The translations under genes and the position numbers were made by a program. Shown here in pieces: positions 37,223 through 49,200 of a DNA stretch of 64,000 nt. Below the pieces are notes generated by a model that had not been told where the DNA came from, made no database searches, and worked only from the letters and a program-made list of their open reading frames with translations. Where the stretch lies: NCBI GenBank assembly GCA_030141605.1, contig JAQGDQ010000098.1, positions 576,269-640,268 on the forward strand, in the 5' to 3' direction. Positions within the stretch are counted from its first letter, which is position 1, and each line of letters opens with the position of its first letter. Source of the stretch: Tubiluchus corallicola. Taxonomy: Eukaryota; Animalia; Priapulida.

Positions 37223-40200
37223 TTAATCCTCAACATCTACAAAACTTCTTGTGTTCAATGTCCTCCGCGTGCTCCTGCTCCTTGTAACCCGTACGTCTAA
37301 ACGTTCTCTTTGCTCTTCCTCTTGAGATGATGTGTGCTCTTGTTGTTTGATAGTTTTGCCCTCAGTGGTATCTTTTTCTGCAAAATATTTTACAGGTAGA
37401 AAATTTTCGATTAGGAGAGATACAGACATAAAAAGAAGAAGGGAGAATGTTTAAACAAAGGCTATCAATCATGTTGCTGCTTAACCTTTTGTCTTGCCCA
37501 CACTGAACAAGAACCTATGCGATCCGGCCCACTATTATTTTAACACCGGGAGCAGGTTCATGTTAGTGCCATTCCCTAGTTAGTATGAAATATAGTTTTG
37601 TAACAATAGTCTCTTCGTATTTTGCTAGTACATTTCAGAAAAAAAATCACTCAGTAGGATAGGAAAAAATTAAAAGCTGATGGACTTCCAAATAAAACGA
37701 TCAAAACAGAATGTACATTTTGTTGCACAAAAAAATAACTAATATTACAAAAATATCTTACTTGCAATTCAGCATATAGTTCTATTTCTATTTTGACAGA
37801 AAAGAAAATGCTCACCAGATACATTTTTGGAGACTTTCTTATCAGATGTGGATGGCAAGGTTTCACCAACATTTTCAGTCAAATTCTTGACTAAAGTACT
37901 AACAATCTGAGGTGTGCTATCCTCATTTCCTACCTACGGAAAAAAATTTCCACAGTACTAATAGTTAAAGAAAAGAAATACCTGAAAAATTCTAGATAAT
38001 CAGTTAGGCATACCAAGAAAACAACAAGGACATTAACTGATATTAATTGCAGTAAGCAACACGTAATATGGAGAATTCGGGATGAATGTATATGTACCAA
38101 TGTTTCCTGCCAGACATAACAATGTTTATAACTAAATTTTTTACAGCTTTAGTCTAGAATGGATTTTAGGTGTGGTAAACAGTCGATTTTTGCATTTTCT
38201 GTATGTGTTGCAAACCAATTTAGGAACTAAACCAGTTACATTTAGTTGAGAAAGCCTCTTGCTTTGAGTGTCATCAGGATACAACTGCGTGTAGTCATGT
38301 ACATGTACACCTCTGTCTACTGGTGTGGCCGGTGGTGCCATCTATAGGACATCAGCGTAATCATTGGTACAGCCCGTACAGTAGGACATACTGCTTGCTG
38401 CGAGGCTGCATGTACTATACAGCGTTATACAGTACCAGTTAACTTTGTTTCTAAACATTAGTGTCAATATTAACTATGCGTGTACTGTGTTCATTACGTT
38501 TTGTAAGTATAGAATTATTTGATCAGTCTAACAGGTGAATGGCTAGCATGTATTTAAATTAATGGCTTACATCAGTTACTGTACGGAGATATTTTACTGA
38601 TTGATGGTTAAAAACACGCAATTAATAAATTTAATATTGAGAAATTTTGAAATGCTCGTCGTACAATTGCACGACATACTCACTGGCATTCGTTTATAGT
38701 ACAAAAAACACGCATAAGTCCATTTCGTATCACTTTATAGACATAGCCATAGACATCTTCATTGGTCATATATACTTAGTGCACATGATAAACACAAAAT
38801 TTGTTGTTTATGCCTTTCACAGATTAGTAAAAAGCAGTTAGCGTAGCAAATTTGCAACTGTAAATTAGATTCAACTATACACATAAATCTAAATGATATA
38901 ATTGAAATAAAGAAAAAAATGAAAGGTGTTTAGAGTTTAGCTACTATTGAATAATAAACAATTATATTTCATAGCTAAAAATGAAATAATCCATGCTGTT
39001 TCTGCTACTTGCTTATGTGTTTCTATGACTTCTGGAATGTGTCCATCATTACAAGGCATGACAGAAATGTCCCAGTTTCTGGGAAGTTGATTACATAACT
39101 TCCTGTAAATAGTTTATCACTGGAGGGGATAACTAGAATTTCCTGTGCTTATGGATAATTTATCCCCCAAAACATTTTACAGTCACCAAAGCAGCAGTCG
39201 CGGTTATATGTATGCAATGTGAGAAACTGCAAACCTCTCAGTGGAACGTACAAAGGTGGATCGAAGATATCAACAATTATGAGGTCACGAAGTGTTTTAA
39301 TAGCATGCAATTTCTGATACTATGAGTCAAAGTACAAAGCACGACTTGTATCACAGGTAGTCTAGCTAGTTTAGTTATTGCATTATTTAAACCTATAAAT
39401 TGAATGAGTTCAACTGGATATTGAAGGTATTTTCACTAACTTTTCACACCAGTTTGTAATAGTCAGGTGGCTTATTCTTTGAGTTTAATTTTGCATCTAT
39501 ATCTTTAAATACAGATATTCTAAATATACTTTTGCTTAGTGTGCACCATTTTTAGTTGGTTAATTAAGAATACATTAAGCACTTATTAAAGTGCTATTAA
39601 AATTCTTATTAAAAATCATTATGTCACAGTAAAAATTTCAGGGAATTTTCATATTTACATTATTTTTAGGTACCTTACTGCCAATTTTTTTCGTAGTTTG
39701 TTGAAAAATTTTGTAATAAGATCCATCTTTCTTAAGTACAATAATACATTTTGAAAATAAGTGTTTTTCGGGCAATTGAGATAAATTTAAAGAAAGCTCA
39801 GATCGTCATTGTTTTTTATTTCCACCTGTGCAAATAAATCAGCTGCAGCTAATTCTGTAAACATAGTTGAAAGTAACAAAAGCCAGCGAGTCTTGTCAAT
39901 GCAAAGTTTTTCCAAATCTGTCTGGAAACCAAGATGCCACTGCTAGTTCTTTGCTAATTTCTTTCTAAAGATACAAAAATCCGACCTACCAGCTTAAGAA
40001 CTAAGTCTGTTCCTAGCCCAGAAAGCTGAAAGGCAGAAAAATGATTGTAAAAACTAGTCAGGAATGCTAAGCGTTGGAATACTCACTTGCCACACACATG
40101 CATGTGCTTGAGTTCTGCAGCTTGCATGCATTTGTAAATGTATAAGCTACAGTAACAAACAGTCTTTGTTTCGGACATCCCCTTCAGGCTGTTCTTTAAA

Positions 40201-43200
40201 TCATTCAATAATTTTTCTGCAACAGTACTTGATTGTGGTGCTACGTTATAAAAAAGTCATCCCAGATCATCGGCGTGAACCACCTATGCCTCATGACACC
40301 ACCCGCATAATGCCACAAAACAGCACTAACAATGAAAACATTTTGCCAAGTGTCGAGACTGCATGACATGACAAACACGAATAAATTCATTCACTGATGA
40401 CCAGTAATGCATGATGATTTAATATATTATTTGCTTTTTGCTCCTAAAATGATTGTTAATAAGCTAGGGGTACCATTAACAAATTACAGAAATATGTTTA
40501 CAGATGACATAGATCCAAATTTTTGTGCAAATTTCATACGCACTGTTTGTCTCTTAATGAATAAATGGCAAATTTTTTCATAACATCAACGACAAGACCA
40601 GCATCATGGCTAATTGAACAGTTTTACATTTTGAAAATAGATGTTTAGTATTCACGAACAAGTAAGACAAATATAGTGAGAAATTTGTTTGCCTCTTAAT
40701 GAGTAAATGGCAAAGTTTTGCATAACATGAACGACAAGACTAGCATCATAGGAATGGCTTTACATATTGAAAATAGATGTTTAGTTAATAGGTTTTGCCT
40801 CTTACCGAGTAAACGACAAAGTTTTGCTTAACATGAACGACAAGGCCAGCACAACGGCTAATTGAACGGCTTTACATATTGAAAATAGATGTTTAATATT
40901 CACAAACAAGTAAACCAAATATAGCAAGAAATTCGTTTCAACCTCATATCGCCCTTCAAAGAATGTTTTTAAAATCTCTAGACAATCCGTATAAAAACAA
41001 CAATAGAACCAACCTATGCTAGTGCTGCTAATTTGGAATTCACATATTAAATAAAAATCAAGGTTTTATATTAATAAAACCATGTACTAAACTGTCTCTG
41101 AAAAAAATTGGAAACTAAATCAGTACATTTTTTATTCAAGAACAGGACAAACACTTACAAAATGCCTCCAGAGCACCTGCCACTACCAACAGGTGAACAT
41201 ACAGTTGGTGCATTTGATGTCATGGTAGGGCGTGGAAAAGATGGCAGTTTCTTCCGACTTTATTACCCGTCGCCAAAGTGCGATATCCTGGAATACAAGC
41301 AACGATGGCCACCGTGGGTGGACAAAATACAATATCTGGACGGTTATATGAATTACATCAACTTAAACCGTCGGTTTGGCAGAATACTCAGTCACTGGGT
41401 CATTGGCGACGTAAAAGTACCCGTCATATGGGAGTCACCTATCCTGCGGGAAAAGAAGCCATACCCAGTGGTAATATTTTCACACGGTTTAGCTGCGAAC
41501 AGAACTACGTATTCTTATATATGTGCAGACCTAGCATCCCATGGGTTTGTGGTAGCATCAGTTGAACACCGTGACCACTCGGCAAGTGCAACGTATGTTT
41601 TAAATGATGCAGAGCAAAACAGGGCCAAGGAAATCCCGGCTGTGACAGACACTCACAAACATAGCTCTACATCATACGAAACAACTCAAACAACCCTAAG
41701 AGAAGAATGGGTTCCATTCTACAAACTACACAAGCACCATGATAACGAATTTAACGTTCGAAATAAGCAGCTGGAAATAAGAGCAAATGAGGTGGTTAGG
41801 GCTTTTGAAATTCTTCAAAAAATCAACAGAGGTGAGAAAATTGATAACTTGTTGAGTCCATCATTTACCACCAACCAGTTTGAAGGCCTATTTGATATCG
41901 TTAAAGGATGTGGTCTTATGGGTCATTCATTTGGTGCAGCTACTGTGGTGAAAGCATTGGCAATCGATGATCGCTTCAGAGTGGGAATTTGTCTAGATGC
42001 GTGGATGTTCCCCATCGAAGATGAAGCGTATGGAAAAGTCAAACAGCCAGTACTGTTCATTAATACGGAAGAGTTTCAGTGGAAAGCTAACATTATCAAA
42101 GAGATGAACTTGTGTGATAATACAAGTGAAGAAAGAACCCTAATAACGATTCGTGGAACGGTGCATCAGAGTCAAGCAGATTTTACGCTAATGGTAAAGG
42201 GCATTGTGGGCAGACTGTTTAAAACACACGGATCATTAGATCCCATCATTGCCATGGAGATTAATAATCAATCTGCCATGGCTTTTTTATGGACGTATCT
42301 AGGCTACACACAGAGAGAAAGTTTTTGGCAGCTGATGAGTGTAAATCACAAGCATGTGATACTAGGAACTAATATCAAACTGCATTAAAACTATTTAATT
42401 TTCACAGGGTGAGGTTATTACTTTGAATAGTCTTTCATAAAGTTATTCATATAATTATAATAAAAAACATACCAGTTTTGGAGCAAGTTTGCTATTTTCA
42501 TTCTCTTCTTTGCTTTTATTTCCATTCAGTTCTGAAAAAACAGTTTTGCTATGTAGAAACCATTTGTAAACGGCCAAAGACTAAGAGCTACACTTGTGCA
42601 CCAGTTACACTATTTAGCATTCTGTCAAACTAGAAGGGGTGCACCAAATGCACATTTTCATCAACTGAACCGAAGACGATTTTTCTATGCTTGGGAACCA
42701 CAGAACCATAATTTCATTTTAAATTACTGGTGATTAGTGAGCAGTGACAATTTGATCCGATTACTAAACCAGTTTTATGCAGTAAAGTATTAAGTATTTT
42801 AAAAGCAGCCTTAACTCTTTCAAAAGCTGTTCAAACTATTTTGTATAATCAACAAAAACAGTATTTAAACAAAACTACAATAATATAATTGTCTACCAGC
42901 TTGAGTTTTCATTGGTTTATTTCGTCGTGTATAAGTAAATACAGTGACTTCGTCGTATAAGTAAATACAGCTCCGCCATGCTATTGCGAGTTGACATGAC
43001 TAATGTACTGATTGTGCATCGCATTCTTCAAATTATTATACAGAAACACAAAGCAAAATGTCAGCTATTGTGCCACGTTCGCTGTTTGCTATCAGCTTTT
43101 TTCAGATAAACTTTTATAAGCACTATAGGGAAATATTTGGTTTCCTTAATGTAATTTTTCACCGAAATATGACAATTATTAAAAAAAGTAACATCGGCAT

Positions 43201-46200
43201 ACCAAAGGTTCACCGAACCTTTAGTGATTACAACCAACTGGATTTATACACTGATATTTGGGATAAAATCTTCGAATATTCGGCGCAACCCTGCCTGGAA
43301 TACATTTTTGAAGTATTAAGAATGAACAAGGATGGATTATAACATGTAACCAGCATACACTATATAGTTGGTCATTGACTTACAATCACAGCTGGTTCCA
43401 GCGAACATGCACTAAGTACCTAAGTATATGTGGCGGCGCCTATGAATGAATTTGTTGCAAAAGATTTAAAATGAATTTGCCTGAAAAATGTTAATTTGCT
43501 TATATTAGTTAATGTTAGTTTTGTATATTAATTAATTAAATTGTGGTCATAAAGTCACACAGTCGTAAGTTGCATAGGCCATAAACCGATGAATACCCAT
43601 ATATAATAATTTCAGACTTGCAAAAATGGTGGTTTGAATTTACTATGTGAAACAATGTTAATGCCGTTATGTAGGTATTAAATTGATTGCAGTGATAGAA
43701 AAATCTAAATCTTAAGCCAAAACGGCATTAAAAGGGAAGCTGCTGGTAACAAAGAAAATTAAATTGAAAACTTGTTCTATTCACGAACGAAAATAATTTT
43801 GTAAGATTAAAAGGCAACAGTGTCTTCTGATTTATGCGAGATTTGTGAGCATGTCTCAAGTGCAAACGTTAAGCTTGTCAATCCACTAGAAGTACTTGAA
43901 CGTATAAAATCTTGTCAGATTGCTTACGTAATGCATAATTAATTTTTCCCCAAAATTCTAGAAATAACTGACTGATACTCAGTTTAAGCAGAGATCTCCA
44001 ACAAGATGAGCACAAAAATGAACATGTAAGTATGACTACGTGTATTTATATTATGAAAAAATTCTTAAAATGCTTTCCTCACTGACACAAGCTTATCTTC
44101 GCCCTAAATTGTTGAAAACTGTGACTTGAGTTTGAAAATTAAATAAAGTTATGTGGGTTCAGAGGTTTAACTGCAGATACCTTCGTCAATTTCTAGAACA
44201 AGCCCAGTAGAACTGCCATCATCTAGAGCGCTGACAAAATCTTTGTCTTTTATGTATGCCGGTGGTAAATCATCATCTTTAAAAAGGAATAAAAATCATA
44301 GCAAAAATGTTGCATCTACGCAGAAAAATGCTCAAAAACGATACACAAAATCAAATAAAACAACTGAAACTTTAAGAGTAATACTGCAGTTGCTTCAAAT
44401 GGCATCCAAATACTACAGATGACAATCAAATTGCATTTTTAATTACGTTCAGCACAAAATTTACGAGCTAAAATGTTTCTATTACATTGGAACATGGCGC
44501 TGCAACTTTCCATGTTAGATCAGAACACAAGTATAAGCACCATTATTTAAACTACTTTTAGAAGTGTTGTAGCTCTGCAGCTTAGTACAGCTTAGTATAC
44601 TAATACTTAGCATATTGCTTTCACCCAAAAACACAAGGACGAAACAAGTAAAATGCGTGAAGTTACCGGAAGAATCTGGTTCGTCACGACGCGTCTTTAC
44701 TCGTCGTTCGTCCGTCACCTCGCCTCGAGCGAATGCTGCCTGCCATTCACGAGTTTCCTTTTCAAATTGCTATATTGAATTAAATGTGCAAATATATTAA
44801 TAAAGTATGCATACTGACAGCAAACGTAAAATTTGTAATAAAATTGCAATGTACATGTTATGAAGTCAAACACAATAACTTTTCGAAAAGCAATATTGGG
44901 CACACTATTACTTGACGACAATGAATTAACCTAAATCAATTTTATACAAACTTCATGAATTTTGCACAAGTATGGTTATCCCAAAAATGTGCAACTCGTT
45001 TTTGTTGCCAATATCGTTCTACTTTTGTTGGAGTAAGTAGGAGAGGCTAAGTAAGAATTACTTTATTTCAATTTTACGATGAAGGTAATGGAAGTGGAGG
45101 TGGCAGACATAGTCCTAAGCTTTACATCAAAGTTTCACTTCTGTGAAGTTCTATAGCTGCTTCTGAAGTATCTACTTATCCAAGAAATGGAAACAAATGT
45201 ATAAAAATTTAATTAAATAATTTTGGCTTTGCACAGATCTACTGAATAAGAAAAAATGTACAAAACCTTAAGTCGAATGTTATTTTAAGGAAGGTAAGTT
45301 GAACACAAACTGACTTCATTGACATAAGTGTACTATATTACAATTATTTCGAAATGAAGCTTATTTTCCAAAAAAATTCACAAGCATCAATAGCTGTACG
45401 ATGAGGGTAGCTGCTGAAAACTAAAAAATGACAAACAACAGTTAGGCTCCAAGCACAATCAATGAAAAACTGTGAGTTGTAATTTGATGTTAAAATGTAA
45501 AACACAAATATACACATAACAGATATACACCACAAGGAGAACACAAAATACATATAGCAGAATGTCCAAATAATGCACATACTTTCATGAAGGTGTCCAC
45601 CGTTGCATCTGGCACGATGAACATAGATCTAAACAAGTCAAACAAATCGCGTGCCTTTGTTCGTATCCTGCGGTTGTATATGTACTGCATGCACTGAAAA
45701 AACAATAAACAAACAGTACGTAATGTCGCTTCTGTTTTTCTTTTTTCCCATGCCCTCTCTTTTTTCTTTCAAAAATGTGTTCCATTGCTACTACAGATAC
45801 AAGTTCATAAGACACATGGCTATAACAGCAACACTTACTGCGCGTAGGGTCCTCACGATTGACGGACTTCTCTGTAATGTAACTGGCTTGATAGGTAAAT
45901 TGTAAAGTTCCTCCATTGCTTTCAAGCAAGTGTCATGATCCTGCCATGTAAAGATACTGTGTATTAATCAGCTGTAAACAGCAGCTAGCTAAATATGATG
46001 TCTTGAACAAAAAATAAATAAAAAAACAGAAGACGGGAAAGAATGACAAGTTGCAAAGTGCCACAACTCTTGTATGTGCTGCCAAACATGAAAATGGCTT
46101 CGAATAAGGTGTCAGTGTTGCACAATTGTTAAAACTTTATCTAAAAACCACCGCAGTACTAATTGATACTAAAATCTTAACTCAATCTTAAGGAGTCCTT

Positions 46201-49200
46201 GACCAAAAACAACAGCCCTAAAACTCAAAAATGTTTAGGAAATGCCATTTTTGACTTCTGCACCTCAGATAATCAGTGTGTAGTGTACTAAAGTCAAGAT
46301 TTAAAAAAGGTTTGCTAAACTAAAATACACTATGCATGCAGCGTAATCCGTATTGACGGTTTGCATGTGTTGATGTCTTGGTGAGTGCCATTGTTGGTTG
46401 TTGTTCGTGAAAATAGGAAGTAGTAACTTTTGAAAGCCATGTCTCTGTCAAAATTTTAGGACGACAGTGTTCAAGAAATAATCATAGCAGTTACAATTAC
46501 CTAGCCAAGCCCACTTTGATAAATACTAAATGCGCATTTGGCAACTCACTCATGGAAAAGCATTGAGTCCTAGTCCAAAACTGTAAGAGGAGCTGAGTGA
46601 CAAAGCAATTTGCCCCATTTTTCACATTTTGGTTCCTGTAGCTGTGACCTTTAACTAGAGTTTTCTATACCATATTCTTGATCATTTATGTCACGTGTCT
46701 ACCTTGCAAGCTTCATGATTCTAACCGAAGTTGCTGACATGACCCTGTTTTCTGGCTTTGGCTCCTATCTCTGGCCTTATAAGACTTATAAACCCCAGCA
46801 GTGCATGTACCCCTCAATTTCTAAATTATTGTGAACAAAAATCTGACAGAAAAGCTGAGAGGAACTGCGAAGTAATGCCGGTTGTCCTAATAAACACATT
46901 TTGGCGCTCATCTCAGGCTCTTCAGGTGTCCCAGCTTTTTAAAACCCCAGGTGCACATCTACCCTGTGTTACCTAAATATTTGTAAAAAAGTAAAAGCCT
47001 TAGGAGGAAATCAGAGACCAGAGGTCAGAGGTAGCCACACTGTTGTTTTTTCCAGCCAAAGGAACCATCCTGTAAGTTTTGTGATCCTAGCTTGCAACGC
47101 TAATGAGTTATTAAGTAAAATATGTTTATGGAGAATAAAGAACGAAAGAAAGAAAGAACTTTATGAGAATCAAGAATATTTTGCTATTAAAAAAATCCAA
47201 TTACACTAGAACGCATAGTGTAATTAACAGTACATATACTTCCACCTGATTTGCTGCAGTCCAATACTGTACCCCGACAAAGCAAAAATATTGTTAGTTA
47301 TTGTCATCTCTACCAAGACCTATCGAAGCATGTTAACAGTCACAGCTATGGAGATGACTTTGGTATTTACAGTGTTAGTATCTATTTGAAATGAGGACAA
47401 TTATTAGTTTGATGTAATTCCTCCTAGGCAAAGCTTGAACAAACAGTGTTACTGCTACTAACAATCATAACTATGCAATGTTATTAATTCTCATACTTTT
47501 CTCTTGTCAGCCTGCAAGTTTGAAACAATTGTATAGTTGATCTGAGCCAACCTCAGTTTAGTGTGACGTGCTTCTCGTCTGTACTTTTTTCTCTCCTGTT
47601 CTTTTGTGCCACGCTTGGCACGTTGGGCTTGATATCTGCAACAGAAAAAACGGAGATTTTCTTCCAATGTAAAATGCCAAGTGTCGTTCCAATTGCAAAA
47701 TTACGCAATAATTGTGTTCTTTTGATCACTTTTTCAGTCAAATACTTTGTTAAATTTGCTTGCGGTGATATTATGTGGTATTTAAATATGGAACAAATGG
47801 TGGTTGTGCAACTGCAAATAGAACCGTAAGTACTTTCAAGCACATTATCTAATAACAAGTGATACAGATTAAACTGAAGTACAAATGAGTTGACCTTACT
47901 GAAGAGCACAATGCATAAATGCTTATCACCATACCAGGCCGATAAATAAACTCCAGGCCTAGATGATCACTGCTGATGCGAACAATGCTTACAAAATTGT
48001 ATCTACATGATGTGCACATAATGAATATTTGTCGATGAAATTCACATGAAATTGCAAGAATAAAAGATACCATTTTGTGATCATTGAAGTACAGATATTA
48101 GATATTGTGCGTGCTTGTCCACACTTAGTGTATCGTCAAATAGTGAAGCCAAAACCAGGATAAACTCACAAAACTGACATTCTTTCAAATACTGTTGACT
48201 TCATAAGAAACTATTCAAAACTTCATGGATGATAAGACAGTAAAATAGAAAAAGAATGTGTGACAATGTACAAGAAATAAGATACTTACTCAGCTTCTTC
48301 AATGGCAAATTGTTTTCCCCGCAGTGCATTTCTTCTATTAGCCTCTTCAAACTGCCATCTAGCGAATTCTTCGCTGCGGGTAGCAGCCAAAACCTAGAAA
48401 TTAGCGTAGTGTCAACCTCACACACTGCTGAAACACTAATATGTATTTTAAACAAAAGACAACTGAAAGGCAAAGGCTAGAAAAGTAAATAGTGCCATAT
48501 TTAGCCATGTCTGTTTAAATAATAGAAAAAGTTGAAATCTGGTATAGCAATCTTTCATAAATGATATGCTCAAAAAATTACAATTGAAACTGTGTCAGTT
48601 ACCTTACATAGAAATAAAGATACTGAAAATGCAACAAGTCATGTTACATTTTGGATAGTGAAACACATTCTATAACTAGCCCTTACAAGATGAAGTTTCA
48701 CAACAATGATATTGTGCTTATGACCTGCTATGCAGGCTATTTTCTGACTGTTTCCCACTCAGGGATTTCTAGACTAGCTTGTCTACAAACACAGAGTCGC
48801 CAAAGATCATTAGTGGTTATCCAATCTACAAGCATCACCATCACATGTTGTCCCAGACAAATGAATAGTCAAACAGAAAAAAGCTATTATAATCTGATAA
48901 TACACATCAAAAATTGGTAATCCTACTTAAAGAATTAATACCTCGGTTCTGAAAGAGGGACGGCTCAGACCTCGCGGTGATACCTTCATTATTCTACATC
49001 CACGTTCAGCTACTTTTTTAATACCATTTTCCATGCCATTAGAATACGTCTTTCGTCTTTTAACATCAGATTGTTGTTTAGACTCCAGTGTGCGTTCTGG
49101 TACACTCAAACTATAGCATTGAACGCATTCACGAGTTAACATTTCTCGAAAAACAAAGTTGAATAACTAGCAAAGCATCTAGGGGGTGTTTCAATTTAAG

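Noticed and set aside
38141-38341. 66-aa ORF MAPPATPVDRG as a gene or host exon
   Set aside because: No recognisable domain, and its phase does not fit the upstream phase-1 donor.
48201-48473. ORF-track protein RFWLLPAAKNSLDGSLKRL
   Set aside because: Wrong frame. The splice-compatible exon 48393-48290 reads VLAATRSEEFARWQFEEANRR.
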